A DNA stretch of 60,767 bases from Candidatus Bipolaricaulota bacterium (GCA_018335015.1 JAGXKX010000004.1:1-60767), one strand, 5' to 3'. Counted from the first letter of the stretch, positions 38,551 through 49,203 are shown. The notes: generated from the letters alone by a model not told the origin. A program made the numbers and translations.

Positions 38551-39479
38551 TTTACCGTTAAGTCGACTGACATTTCCGGGTCGTACTTATTGCTGGTTAC
38601 TTCAAACTCGATCGTACGATCTCCCCGATAACCGACGTAAATACCGTAGCCCTCCTGTTCTCCGGATGATTCCACAAATCCGATACTCAGGTTTTCTCCG
38701 GTCAATTGTAAAGCCCAGCCACCAAGTTTTAGACCGTCCACTTCAACGAGCAAAAAACTATCCTTGTATACCAGCCTGGTAACTAATCCCAGGCTACCGG
38801 AAAACCCCCGAGAATCGAGTATAACTCCCTGACTCCACTTTAGATTTCCGGTTTCCAGAGAGATTCTCCTCTCCCCGTAGAGGGTCAGGTAGCTCCCGCT
38901 GACGTTCCCGAATTCCGAGAGGCTACCCCTCGAGAGGCTCGTCCAGTAGTTCCTCTTCTGAATCGGGAACCAGGGTTTCTTTTCTTCGAACCCGTTTTCG
39001 ACCTGGAGATCATAACCCAGGCTTATATTTCCCAGCGTATAGGATCCGTTACCACCCACCCGGTATCCGGTAGTGCCAAACCAGGCTCGGGAAGTAGAAG
39101 ATAAAGCCCAGCCGCCTATCCTGTAATCGAAGTAACTCGCCTCCAGTCCGCCAGCAAAATCATCCAGGCCGGGGTTTCCGGAAGAAAACGTCCCCAGCAA
39201 AAACGGACCCATCTTCCAGTTACCGAGGGAAACCGACAGTCTATCCCCGAAGCCCATTCCAAGCCCCAACTGATCTTTCGGGGAGAGAAACAGTCCCAGT
39301 TCGAACCCGGATAACTCGAAGTCCGCCAGTCCGGAAAAGTCGGGATAACTCAGGGAGAACTTCGGACGACCCTCGGAAATCGGTGACGGAAAACCCAAAG
39401 AAAGTAAAAAAACAACTAGTATCAACCCCAACGAGATCCGCAGGCTTCTGCCACTGGCGGAGCAAATACATGGTTTCAT
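38544..39479 (-). CDS. Hypothetical exported protein, possible beta-barrel
   Basis: Signal-like N-terminus; G/aromatic-rich alternating strands; ends VDLTVKW. Confidence 0.5.
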   Translation of the reverse strand: MKPCICSASGRSLRISLGLILVVFLLSLGFPSPISEGRPKFSLSYPDFSGLADFELSGFELGLFLSPKDQLGLGMGFGDRLSVSLGNWKMGPFLLGTFSSGNPGLDDFAGGLEASYFDYRIGGWALSSTSRAWFGTTGYRVGGNGSYTLGNISLGYDLQVENGFEEKKPWFPIQKRNYWTSLSRGSLSEFGNVSGSYLTLYGERRISLETGNLKWSQGVILDSRGFSGSLGLVTRLVYKDSFLLVEVDGLKLGGWALQLTGENLSIGFVESSGEQEGYGIYVGYRGDRTIEFEVTSNKYDPEMSVDLTVKW

Positions 39480-39587
39480 GAAAAATCACTAAACCCCGTT
39501 CAACCGCACGAAAGACCGGTTATTCGAGCCCTATCCCGGTGCAGAAATCGGGCAAGCGGCACCGGGCTTTCACTGGTCCACTGGACA

Positions 39588-40604
39588 TCAGTTTTTCCGT
39601 CCCTCGAAAAGCAGGTTCATTATTCCGTATCGGGCCAGCAGGGCAAGTCCCAGTCCGACGAAAAACAGCTGAATTATCTTCACGGAAAAAGAGTACGCCA
39701 CCGCCTCGCTTCCGCTTATACCAAAGATCGCGAATATCCCGATAAACCCACCTTCCGAAACGCCAATTCCCCCAGGCGTTACCCAGAAGAATGAGGAAAG
39801 CACGGATATCATTGCAAACAACATCGTAAGTTCCTCGATTGTAAATACCCGGCCCTGGGTATAGTAAAAGTATATCTGCGGCCTGATGAACATGAATACC
39901 GTGGCTACGATATCCAGCATAAACGCTCCGCCGGTATGTCTAATGTGTTGGCCGAAAGCCATGCTTATCTCCTTCTCTAGGTGTCTGACTCCGTCTTCCA
40001 CTTTCTGGAGAATCTCCGGCCAGAACAGATTTCGCTTCAGGAAAGCTGCAAACTTCGTGAACAGGAACATCTTACTGTAAAAATTGAGAATCAACAGGGA
40101 AACAAGGCCGACAAAAATAAGAGAAATAAGTATAAGATATATAAGTGTATCGGACGGAAGCTGGCTATAAATTCCCAGCAGCGCCCCGATGAGAATCACC
40201 GCGACCAGTGCAGCCATCATGGTTATCCTTTCAGCCACGATAGTGGCAAATATCCTGCTGTAAGAAGAATCGCTCTCCCGCTCTATAACCAGCGCTCTTA
40301 CCGGTTCCCCGCCGAAGTGCATGGAAGGAGTCAAAAAACTTACCGCAAAACTCCCGATCCTAGCCCAGAAGCTCAGACTAAACGGCGCGATTACACCGTA
40401 TCCCTTCATAACTACCACCCATGCCAGGGTCCAGAAGAAGAAGGTTAGGACGATGGAAGAAATCATTAGTGCAAACCCGTCCCACCCGAGCGCGGAGATC
40501 TGTCGCAATACCTTTGCAGGCCCGATGTACCAGAGAATTCCAGCGAGTACGGCGAGCCCCAGAACCACGGACAGAGCAGTTGTAGTCTTTCGACCTAGTC
40601 GCAC
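39588..40604 (-). CDS. Lysylphosphatidylglycerol-synthase TM / UPF0104 flippase-like membrane protein
   Basis: Polytopic; TP...GGEP.R, ER..., TPGGIGVSEG motifs. Confidence 0.85.
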   Translation of the reverse strand: MRLGRKTTTALSVVLGLAVLAGILWYIGPAKVLRQISALGWDGFALMISSIVLTFFFWTLAWVVVMKGYGVIAPFSLSFWARIGSFAVSFLTPSMHFGGEPVRALVIERESDSSYSRIFATIVAERITMMAALVAVILIGALLGIYSQLPSDTLIYLILISLIFVGLVSLLILNFYSKMFLFTKFAAFLKRNLFWPEILQKVEDGVRHLEKEISMAFGQHIRHTGGAFMLDIVATVFMFIRPQIYFYYTQGRVFTIEELTMLFAMISVLSSFFWVTPGGIGVSEGGFIGIFAIFGISGSEAVAYSFSVKIIQLFFVGLGLALLARYGIMNLLFEGRKN

Positions 40605-40698
40605 TTTAACCCTCCGATTCGCCTAATGAGAACTCAGTTGTACAAGGCTAACGGATACTTTATACTTTAGCAATATGTTTTGCATTCAGGGGTGAACT

Positions 40699-41715
40699 AT
40701 GCCCGATAATTATGATTTTGATCCAAGAGAAGAGCGCAGTAATACCGACTGGGATAGATTAAAAAGTAAATTCAAGAGATTTGGAGATAAAACGGGCTGG
40801 ATCGTGATCGGCCTGGTGGTAGTTATTTACCTGCTTCAGGGAATATACCAGGTGGGTCCGGCCGAAGTAGGGCTGGTAAAGCGATTCGGCAAACACGTAA
40901 GGACTGTAAACTCCGGCCTGAATTATCACGTGCCGCCCCCGATCGAGTCCGTAAAAAAAGTTAACGTCAGAGCAGTTCGGAAAATAGAGATCGGCTACGA
41001 GACGGTATCGCCACCACCGAACCCGCGATACAGGGAAGACGAGGCAGAGGCACTAATGCTGACCGGGGACGACAATATAGTCCACATGGAACTGGCGGTT
41101 CAATTCACCGTGATAGATCCCGAGCTATTTGCCTTTAACATCATAGATCCTCATTCCCTGGTGAAGGAGGCCGCGGAAGCGGTAATTCGCCAGGAAGTGG
41201 TAAAGCACGAAGTCGAACAAGCCCTCACGACGGAAAGAGCCGAAATCGCCAGCAATGCTCTGGATGATCTCCAGAGACTACTTGAGATGTACGAGGCCGG
41301 GATAAACATCGAGGCAATTAAGGTCCAGGATGCCAAACCCCCGGAGCCCGTAGTGCCGGCATTCGACGACGTGACCAGCGCAAAGGAAGACAAGCAGACC
41401 AAGATCAACCAGGCAGAAGCCTACGCAAACGACGTAATCCCCAACGCCAGGGGCCAGGCAGCGGAAATAGTCAACCAGGCCGAAGCCACAAAAGCGGAGC
41501 GAGTCAACGAAGCCGAGGGAGACGTAAGCAAATTCCTCCAGGTCCTCGAGGAGTACAACAGGGGAAGCCAGGAGGTAACACGGCGACGACTCTACATGGA
41601 AACTATGGAAGAAATCCTACCGGGTATGGACAAGGTCCTGCTTACTCAAAAGACGGACGGCTCCTCGGTACTAAAACTCCTCAATTTAAACGAACTGGAC
41701 GGTGGTAGCCAATGA
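40699..41715 (+). CDS. hflK: FtsH modulator HflK
   Basis: Single TM; RFG, MLTGD.NIV, PP..V..AFDDV..A, A.AYAN.VIP.ARG. Confidence 0.93.
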   Translation: MPDNYDFDPREERSNTDWDRLKSKFKRFGDKTGWIVIGLVVVIYLLQGIYQVGPAEVGLVKRFGKHVRTVNSGLNYHVPPPIESVKKVNVRAVRKIEIGYETVSPPPNPRYREDEAEALMLTGDDNIVHMELAVQFTVIDPELFAFNIIDPHSLVKEAAEAVIRQEVVKHEVEQALTTERAEIASNALDDLQRLLEMYEAGINIEAIKVQDAKPPEPVVPAFDDVTSAKEDKQTKINQAEAYANDVIPNARGQAAEIVNQAEATKAERVNEAEGDVSKFLQVLEEYNRGSQEVTRRRLYMETMEEILPGMDKVLLTQKTDGSSVLKLLNLNELDGGSQ

Positions 41716-42635
41716 GAAAGCTAGCCTGGTTCGTCGGGATAGTGGTAGCAATACTGGTAATATTTAACCTGTTTACGTTTACGGTGGACGAAACGAAACA
41801 GGCGATAGTAGTCCAATACGGTAACATCAAACAGGTTGCCACGGAAGCTGGGCTCTACTTTAAGATCCCGTTCATTCAGAACGTCCAGTTCATGGAGGGA
41901 AGGTTACTTTCCTACGACATAGAACCGAGAGAGATTATTGCCGCCGATCAACGCCGGCTGTCCGTGAATAACTACGCAATATGGAGGATAGAGAGACCCA
42001 AAGAGTTCAAAGAGGCTTTCAACGCCCGCCGTGATATTGCCCAGACGAGAATTGACGACATCCTCTATTCTGACATGCGAAACGTCCTCGCCAGTTACGC
42101 GTTCAACCAAATAGCTTCCGGAGAGCGGGAGGCAATGTTGGAGACTACTCAGAAAACCAGTGCCGAAAAGCTAAAGGAGTACGGCATCAACCTCATCGAC
42201 GCCAAAATCAAGCGGGCCGACCTCCCCGAAGCCAACGAGGAAGCCGTCTTCGACCGGATGATCTCGGAACGGGAGCGACGGGCTTCGTTGCTGCGGGCCG
42301 AAGGAGACGAACGAGCCAAGGAAGTCAAGTCGGACGCCGACAGACAGAGCAGCGTAATCGTGGCAGAAGCCAGAAGAGATGCCGAAGAAATTCGAGGAGA
42401 AGGAGAGGCTGAGGCACTGAATATTTACGCCGACGCCTACAGTCAGGACGTGGACTTCTACGAATTCTGGCGAAAACTCGCATCCTACAGGCGGTCGTTC
42501 GTCGAAGGGAAGGGGAAAAACACGATCCTTATATCGCCGGACTCCCGATACATGCAGCTGCTCTCCAGTGGAGAGATCGAACTGGGGGAGGAAAAAGTTC
42601 AGACGGACGAGGAAGAAGTTTCCTCCGAGGAATAG
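41712..42635 (+). CDS. hflC: FtsH modulator HflC
   Basis: GLYFKIPFIQ, IKRADLP, RMISER, FYEFWR; overlaps the hflK stop. Confidence 0.93.
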   Translation: MRKLAWFVGIVVAILVIFNLFTFTVDETKQAIVVQYGNIKQVATEAGLYFKIPFIQNVQFMEGRLLSYDIEPREIIAADQRRLSVNNYAIWRIERPKEFKEAFNARRDIAQTRIDDILYSDMRNVLASYAFNQIASGEREAMLETTQKTSAEKLKEYGINLIDAKIKRADLPEANEEAVFDRMISERERRASLLRAEGDERAKEVKSDADRQSSVIVAEARRDAEEIRGEGEAEALNIYADAYSQDVDFYEFWRKLASYRRSFVEGKGKNTILISPDSRYMQLLSSGEIELGEEKVQTDEEEVSSEE

Positions 42636-42641
42636 ATGCAA

Positions 42642-42844
42642 CTCAGATCTTCCACCATCGCATGAAAGCGAAACTTAATGGTGAGTATTGATTTCTTTTT
42701 TTCACTACTAGCTCTCTACCTCTTACCTGGCTGCCGGATTTCGTCTCCTGGTGAGTTTTAAAGGTTAAATCAGTTGCCAGCTAAGAGGTAGAGAGCAGTC
42801 ATCCGAACCAGGTAGTTAAATCCACCGTTGGTGAAAGATCTGAG
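42642..42844. mobile_element. MITE-like element, copy E (full length, subfamily 2)
   Basis: TIRs CTCAGATCTTCCACCA / TGGTGAAAGATCTGAG; flanks TGCAA/TACAA (4/5 match); IR at 42711-42731/42776-42796. Confidence 0.8.
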
Positions 42845-42875
42845 TACAACCGTCATCATTTTTTGTACAAGACCT

Positions 42876-42917
42876 AATAAACCCTCCCGGGGTAACTCTC
42901 AGGAGGGTTTATTTTTT
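42876..42917. terminator. Hairpin terminator between convergent hflC and coaX
   Basis: AATAAACCCTCC...GGAGGGTTTATT followed by Ts; overlaps the coaX stop. Confidence 0.6.
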
Positions 42918-43675
42918 GTTTTCTCGCGCCAGAGCCTCAAACCTTCGAGCACCAGATCCTTTTCGAAGTGCTGGATTTGATCGATCTGCCTGAAGAACAA
43001 CCTGCCTTTGCCTCCGGTAGCAACAACGTGAAGGTTCGAATCGCATTCCTCCTTGAACCGTTCTATTAGCCCTTCGATCATTCCGACAAACCCGAGAACG
43101 AATCCGGAATTAATATTATCTACGGAGGTTTTCCCTATCACACTGTCAGGGGTCTCCAGCTCTACCTCGGGCAGGAGAGCCGCGCGCTCCACGAGCGCTT
43201 CTAGCGCGGTCTCCATCTCCGGAGCTATCGCACCCCCCAGGAAGTCACCTTCTTCGGAGTAGAGTTCGAAACTCGTTGCGGTACCGAAGTCAATTACTAA
43301 ACCCGGTCCTCCGTATAACTCCATCCCCCCGATAACGTTCGCCACCCGGTCCGGGCCGACAGCGTCCGGTTCGTCAACCCGCAGGCCTACCAATCCATTG
43401 TCTACGGGCTTCAGGAAAGTCGGCGAGACCCCAAGATATCTTTCCAGCCCCTGCACCAGACTTCTGTTCAAATAGGGAACGACCGATGAAATCACGGCGT
43501 CAGTCAGTTCGTCGGGGGCGACCTCAGATGATTGAAGTAGCGATCGAAATTTAATCCCCAGTTCATCGGGAGTTAAGCCCTGATCCGTAGAAATCCGCCA
43601 GGTGTATTCCAGCTCGTCTTCTCTAAAACAACCCATCGTTACGTTCGTGTTACCGACGTCGAGTCCCAGAAACAT
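42899..43675 (-). CDS. coaX: Type III pantothenate kinase
   Basis: LDVGNTN, SSVVP, G.DR, IDFGTAT, GGAIAP. Confidence 0.93.
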   Translation of the reverse strand: MFLGLDVGNTNVTMGCFREDELEYTWRISTDQGLTPDELGIKFRSLLQSSEVAPDELTDAVISSVVPYLNRSLVQGLERYLGVSPTFLKPVDNGLVGLRVDEPDAVGPDRVANVIGGMELYGGPGLVIDFGTATSFELYSEEGDFLGGAIAPEMETALEALVERAALLPEVELETPDSVIGKTSVDNINSGFVLGFVGMIEGLIERFKEECDSNLHVVATGGKGRLFFRQIDQIQHFEKDLVLEGLRLWREKTKNKPS

Positions 43676-43677
43676 CC

Positions 43678-44853
43678 TTAATCCCCCTGGAACGATTCCA
43701 CGATTCTTCGATAACTTTCCTCACTACCCAGCACGTCTACTCCGGCCATCGCTAAGGCTTTTGCCGCTGTCAACATTGCGGAATAACCAGCGTCGGAGTT
43801 GGACGCTTCCGCAAAAGCCTTCGAGTGGGACGGCGTGTCTTCCTCTGCAATTCTAATATAAGGATGGACCGCGGGAATTTTCTGGCTTACGTCTCCCATG
43901 TCGGTCGACCCCATGCCGCCTTCGTAGTCCTCGACCTCTTCCCCGAGCGCTTCGAAATTATCCTTTACCAGGTCGGCAAGCACGGGATTTGGCTCCATCG
44001 GTTGATAGCCGTGGCCCTCTTCGGTTATCTCGAGCTCGGCTCCCGTGGCGAGTGCCCCCGCTTCGGCACAGTTCTTGACTTTTTCCAGTAGTTCCTCCAG
44101 ATCCGAGGGCTCAGCGGCACGTACGTAGAAGCGAGCCGACGCGTGTTCCGGGACTATGTTCGGCTTTTCTCCTCCATCCGTAATTATTCCGTGAATACGG
44201 GAACTCTCCTTCGTGTGCTCCCTCAGCGCGTTGACGTTGTTGAAAGTCGTGATGACCGCGTCCAGAGCGTTAATTCCCTCCTCGGGTTGAGCAGAAGCGT
44301 GTGCCGCTTCTCCATAGAAGTCGAACTCCAGCTCCTGGACCCCCAGACTTCCTCGGCCCACCAGGGTCCTGTCCGACGGGTGAACCATCATCGCGACGTC
44401 CACCTCGTCAAAGACGCCGGAATTGATAAGTTCGATCTTACCGCCTCCTCCCTCTTCAGCCGGCGTTCCAACAACCAGGACCTGGCCGTCCAGCCGGTCC
44501 ATTACCGAGCAGAGACCTAGCCCGGCACCCAGACCTATGGTGGCAATCAGGTTGTGTCCGCAGGCGTGACCAAGGCCGGGTAGGGCGTCGTACTCGCTCA
44601 AAAACGCAATTGTAGGTCCCTCCCCTCCACTGGGACAGCGAGCGAGGAAGGCAGTATCCATTCCACCTAAGCCTCGGTCTACTGTGAAACCTCGTTCCTC
44701 CAGTTCTTCAGTCAACCATTCCATCGCCCTGTATTCTTCAAATTTCAGTTCCGGGTTGTCAAAAATTTGCCTGCCTAGATCGATTAGACCACCGGAGATT
44801 CCATCCAGCTCTTCTTTTACTTCTTCTTTTAGTGACCTAAGTTTCTCTGACAT
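43678..44853 (-). CDS. M20-family amidohydrolase
   Basis: EYDALP..GHACGHN, TPAEEGGGGK, GSTDMG. Confidence 0.9.
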   Translation of the reverse strand: MSEKLRSLKEEVKEELDGISGGLIDLGRQIFDNPELKFEEYRAMEWLTEELEERGFTVDRGLGGMDTAFLARCPSGGEGPTIAFLSEYDALPGLGHACGHNLIATIGLGAGLGLCSVMDRLDGQVLVVGTPAEEGGGGKIELINSGVFDEVDVAMMVHPSDRTLVGRGSLGVQELEFDFYGEAAHASAQPEEGINALDAVITTFNNVNALREHTKESSRIHGIITDGGEKPNIVPEHASARFYVRAAEPSDLEELLEKVKNCAEAGALATGAELEITEEGHGYQPMEPNPVLADLVKDNFEALGEEVEDYEGGMGSTDMGDVSQKIPAVHPYIRIAEEDTPSHSKAFAEASNSDAGYSAMLTAAKALAMAGVDVLGSEESYRRIVESFQGD

Positions 44854-45027
44854 ATTACCACCCTACAGGTATCAAAAGAGATAACTTTTGATCAGAATAA
44901 TGAAAACTGTCCTTTTTATCGTTTTCCTTCCAACCTCGGTAATTTAAGTCCTAATTGATCAAATAGAAAACCCCGGAGGATAATCTCCGGGAATTCGAAG
45001 AACAAGAATGCCCAGGCGGATTGGATT

Positions 45028-45645
45028 CTACAGGTAATAGACGAGCTGTTCCAGCTCTTTCGTTATGTCGACCTGAGCGAGCTGGACGTCTTCCGGCAAA
45101 TCCAGCAGGGTCGGAGCAAAGTTGAGCAATCCCGTGACCCCTCCTTCCACCAACATATCGGCGACTTTCTGGGCGGAAGAAGCGGGCACAGCGATTATTC
45201 CCAGTTTGACGTCCACTTCGGAAATTCTGTCGGAAAGGTTCGAGACGTCTTCCACTTCGACTCCGTTGATTTCCTTTCCGATCAATTGGGGGTTACTATC
45301 GAACGCCATTGTCACTTCAAACACCCGCCTGTCGAACCCGGAGTACGTCAATAGAGCCGAGCCGATATTACCCACGCCAACAAGTGCCATCTTCCAGTGC
45401 CTATCCAGGTTGAGAATTTCTCTGATCTCCGAGGCGAGTTTTTCCGTCTCGTAACCCACGCCTCGCTTTCCAAAATCGCCGAAATAAGAAAGGTCCTTCC
45501 TAACCTGAGCTGAATTCAGATTCAACCTACTTGAAAAATTTTCGGAGGAAATATTTTCTTCGCCCTGGTCGATCAATTTGTCCAGGCAACGTAGATATAG
45601 CGGCAACCTATCGATCGTTTCTTTGGGTATTCTTCTTTCTTTCAT
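45028..45645 (-). CDS. rex: Redox-sensing transcriptional repressor Rex
   Basis: RLPLYLR, QVRKDLSYFG.FG.RGVGY, VGVGNIG, LNFAP. Confidence 0.95.
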   Translation of the reverse strand: MKERRIPKETIDRLPLYLRCLDKLIDQGEENISSENFSSRLNLNSAQVRKDLSYFGDFGKRGVGYETEKLASEIREILNLDRHWKMALVGVGNIGSALLTYSGFDRRVFEVTMAFDSNPQLIGKEINGVEVEDVSNLSDRISEVDVKLGIIAVPASSAQKVADMLVEGGVTGLLNFAPTLLDLPEDVQLAQVDITKELEQLVYYL

Positions 45646-45891
45646 TATCGAGTAACCCCTTATTTTCAATTTGAGTCTACTGCCGGTCGTCCTAAGTCTC
45701 AATTCAATAATTATATGGATATTTATCGAGAAGGCAAATATATTGCGAGATATCGGGTTTTTACGGGAAAATCAGGAACTTGCCGGGATGGGCAGAATAT
45801 TATTGACTCGGTTTCTCCCTGGTCACTCATTCCTTTGCAAAGAATAACCCGTTCTAATATCCTTAATGGAAACTAAAGGAGGTGCTCTTTA

Positions 45892-46962
45892 ATGCACGAG
45901 AAATTATTCACACCCGGCCCAACCGAAGTAAGGACCGAACTTCTTCAGGAACTTTCAACGGCTCAGATTCACCACAGAACCGACGAGTTCAGCGATCTTT
46001 ACGACGAGATTCAACCCAGGTTACAAAAACTTCTCTACACGGATAATCCCGTGTTCCTGTTCACTTCATCCTCGACGGGAGCCATGGAATCGGCGGTAAC
46101 GAACGGCGTAAAGAAAAAATGTCTTACTGTTTCCAACGGTGCTTTTTCCGGGAGATGGCATAAAATTACGCTTAAGAACGGGGTGCCAGCCGACGAGATC
46201 GAACGAGATTGGGGAGAACCCGTCCCCCCCGAAGCGATTGACGAAAAGCTTTCCACCGGGAACTACGACGCGGTAACCATGGTCTTCAACGAAACGTCAA
46301 CCGGCATGATGAACCCGGTTAAGGAAGTCAGTGAAGTAGTTAGCAATTACGAAGACGTTCTGTTCCTCGTCGACGCCGTCTCCGGAATGGCTGGAGCAAA
46401 AATTAAAGTAGACGAATGGGGCATAGACATGTGCCTCGCAGGCGTACAGAAGGCCTTCGGGCTACCTTCCGGCCTGGCAGTAGCTTCGGTAAGCGACAAG
46501 CTGCTGGAAAGAGCAGAAGAAGTCGAGCCCAGGAGTTATTACTTCAACCTGCCGCTATTACACAAGTACCACAAGCGAAGTCAGACGAGAACTACACCGG
46601 CCATACCGCAAATAATTGCCCTCAGGAAACAGCTCGAATACATAGTTGAAGAGGAAGGAATTGAAAACCGTTTCGCCAGACACGAAAAGCTTTCAGGTAT
46701 CGTCCAGGACTGGGCCAAGAAGTACTTCGACATATTCCCCGCGGAGGGTTATTGGTCCAAGACACTTACCTGCGTCAAGAATACCAGGGGGGTTTCAGTT
46801 GCAGATCTGAACCAGGAGTTAATCGAAAAGCACAACCTCAGAATCGCTAACGGTTACGGGGATATGAAGGAAGAAACGTTCCGAATCTCCAACATGGCTG
46901 ACACTTCTGAACCGGATATCCGAGGGCTGCTGGCGACGATAAACGACATCCTCGGACTCTAA
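45892..46962 (+). CDS. Class V PLP aminotransferase (probable SerC-equivalent)
   Basis: FTPGPT, NETSTG, VDAVS, QKAFGLP; directly upstream of serA. Confidence 0.85.
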   Translation: MHEKLFTPGPTEVRTELLQELSTAQIHHRTDEFSDLYDEIQPRLQKLLYTDNPVFLFTSSSTGAMESAVTNGVKKKCLTVSNGAFSGRWHKITLKNGVPADEIERDWGEPVPPEAIDEKLSTGNYDAVTMVFNETSTGMMNPVKEVSEVVSNYEDVLFLVDAVSGMAGAKIKVDEWGIDMCLAGVQKAFGLPSGLAVASVSDKLLERAEEVEPRSYYFNLPLLHKYHKRSQTRTTPAIPQIIALRKQLEYIVEEEGIENRFARHEKLSGIVQDWAKKYFDIFPAEGYWSKTLTCVKNTRGVSVADLNQELIEKHNLRIANGYGDMKEETFRISNMADTSEPDIRGLLATINDILGL

Positions 46963-46980
46963 AAAGGAGGGTAAGTAAAA

Positions 46981-47895
46981 ATGGTTAAATTACTAATTTC
47001 GGATCCGATAGCGGACGAGGGGGTAGAAAAACTCGAAAGGGCGGGGTTCGAGCCCGATCACAAGTACGACCTATCCGCCGAGGAGCTCAAAGATGAGATA
47101 GGGCAATACGAGGGGATCGTGGTTCGATCCGGGACCAAACTACGGGCTTCCATCCTGGACGCAGCTGAGGGGCTGAAGATCATCGTCAGAGCGGGCGTGG
47201 GACTGGACAACATCGACCTCGATCGAGCGGACGAGCTCGGTATCGAGGTCCAAAACACTCCGGCAGCCAGCTCAAATTCAGTAGCGGAGCTGGCTCTGGG
47301 TCACATGTTCTCCCTTGCCCGTGAGATACCGCGCGGAACGGCGTCCCTGAAGAAGCAAAAGTGGATAAAGAGCGACCTGTACGGCACGGAACTTGCCGGA
47401 AAAACCCTGGGTATAATAGGGGTCGGGAGGATCGGCAGTCTGGTCGCGGAGAAAGGGATGGCGCTTGGCATGGAAGCAATAGCTTACGACAAATTCGTCG
47501 AGGAGTCCCCGGTAGAAGGTGTAGAGATGGTTAACCTGGATCGATTGCTAAGCGATTCCGACTACCTAACTCTACACATACCGTTTATCGAATCGGAAGG
47601 GGCGACGATCGCCGAACCGGAGTTGAAGAAAATGAAGGATTCTGCCTACCTGATAAACTGCGCTCGTGGAGGAGTGGTGGACGAAAAAGCGCTAAAACAG
47701 GCGTTGAGCAACGACTGGATCGCCGGGGCCGCTCTCGACGTATTCACGGAAGAGCCCCCCGAGGACGAGGAACTGCTGTCATTTGAGAACCTCTCACTGA
47801 CGCCCCACCTGGGTGCTTCCACAGCGGAGGCCCAGACAAGGGTCGGAACGCAGGCTGCAGACGAACTAATTGATTTTTTCGACAAGGAGGAATAA
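46981..47895 (+). CDS. serA: D-3-phosphoglycerate dehydrogenase (short form, no ACT domain)
   Basis: VRS.TK, RAGVGLDNID, GVGRIG, INCARGG, TPHLGAST.EAQ. Confidence 0.85.
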   Translation: MVKLLISDPIADEGVEKLERAGFEPDHKYDLSAEELKDEIGQYEGIVVRSGTKLRASILDAAEGLKIIVRAGVGLDNIDLDRADELGIEVQNTPAASSNSVAELALGHMFSLAREIPRGTASLKKQKWIKSDLYGTELAGKTLGIIGVGRIGSLVAEKGMALGMEAIAYDKFVEESPVEGVEMVNLDRLLSDSDYLTLHIPFIESEGATIAEPELKKMKDSAYLINCARGGVVDEKALKQALSNDWIAGAALDVFTEEPPEDEELLSFENLSLTPHLGASTAEAQTRVGTQAADELIDFFDKEE

Positions 47896-47898
47896 CAG

Positions 47899-49200
47899 AT
47901 GGCTGAAGTCTATCCTTTTCAGGGATACCGATACAATCCGGAAAAAGTGGGCGACGTAAACCGCGTAGTTAGCCCACCGTACGATAAGATCGACGAAGAA
48001 GAGCGAGAAGACCTGGCCAACGAGAGTCTCTACAACATAGTCAGAATAATTCTAAGCAGGGCGAAAGACGAGGGAGAAGACAGGTACGAGCGGGCCGCAA
48101 AGAACCTTCAGGACTGGGTTGACGAAGGCGTCCTGCAGAGAGACGAGCAACCGGCCTTCTACGCCTACTATCAGAAATACGAAGCCGAGGGCGAAAAGAA
48201 AGTTCGAAAAGGCTTTATTGGACTAGGAAAAATTGAAGAAGGAGAAGGGGTCAAAGCACACGAAGAAACGATGTCCGGACCCAAAGCCGACAGGCTCCGG
48301 CTGCTCAGGGCGACGGAAGCCAACTTTGGCCAGATATTCATGCTCTATTCCGACCCCGAAAACGAGGTAACGGATGTAATGAACCGGGCAAAGGGAGAAA
48401 AGTCCGTCCTGGAAGTCAAGGATAAATACAGGAACACACACCAGATCTGGAAACTAACCGACGAGGAAATAAAGGAGCAAATCAAGGAAGAGATGAAGGA
48501 TAAAAGCCTTTACATAGCTGACGGCCACCACAGGTACGAAACCGCCCTGAACTACAGAAACGAGTGCAGGGAAAAGGGCTGGGAATCGCCCGAAAGTGGC
48601 GGTTTCGATACCAGAATGATGACTTTCGTAAACGTTGACGATCCCGGCCTGAGCATACTGGCGACCCACAGACTGCTCCACGACCTCAAGAACTTCAGAC
48701 CTCACGGCGTGCTTGACAAAGCAAGGAAACACTTCTCCATCACCCGATACGACGAAAGAGAGGACCTGCTGGAGAAGCTGGACGCGGACAGAGGAGAAAA
48801 ACACACCTTCGGTTACAGGGCAAAAGACGACAAAGCCTACTGGAGCCTTACCCTTCGCGACGAATCCATTATGGCCGAACTGCTTCCGGACAAGTCGGAA
48901 TCCTGGCGGGGTCTTGACGTCGCTATTCTCCACAAGCTCGTCCTCGAAAACTATCTGGGAATTGACGAAGAAGCACTGGAAGAAAAACGAAACCTGGAAT
49001 ACGTCAGGGGTCGAGAGAAAGCTCTAGACATGCTCAAAGAGGGAAGATATCAGGGCGCCTTCATCATGAATCCGACGAGAATAGACCAGGTTAAAGAAGT
49101 TGCTGACAGGGGAGAAAAGATGCCTCAGAAATCGACCGACTTCTATCCCAAATTGCTGACGGGTCCCGTGCTTCACAAATTACAAATCGACAAAGGTTAG
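47899..49200 (+). CDS. DUF1015-family protein
   Basis: SPPYD, HE.T, IADGHHRYE, MPQKST.FYPK. Confidence 0.88.
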   Translation: MAEVYPFQGYRYNPEKVGDVNRVVSPPYDKIDEEEREDLANESLYNIVRIILSRAKDEGEDRYERAAKNLQDWVDEGVLQRDEQPAFYAYYQKYEAEGEKKVRKGFIGLGKIEEGEGVKAHEETMSGPKADRLRLLRATEANFGQIFMLYSDPENEVTDVMNRAKGEKSVLEVKDKYRNTHQIWKLTDEEIKEQIKEEMKDKSLYIADGHHRYETALNYRNECREKGWESPESGGFDTRMMTFVNVDDPGLSILATHRLLHDLKNFRPHGVLDKARKHFSITRYDEREDLLEKLDADRGEKHTFGYRAKDDKAYWSLTLRDESIMAELLPDKSESWRGLDVAILHKLVLENYLGIDEEALEEKRNLEYVRGREKALDMLKEGRYQGAFIMNPTRIDQVKEVADRGEKMPQKSTDFYPKLLTGPVLHKLQIDKG

Positions 49201-49203
49201 GTT

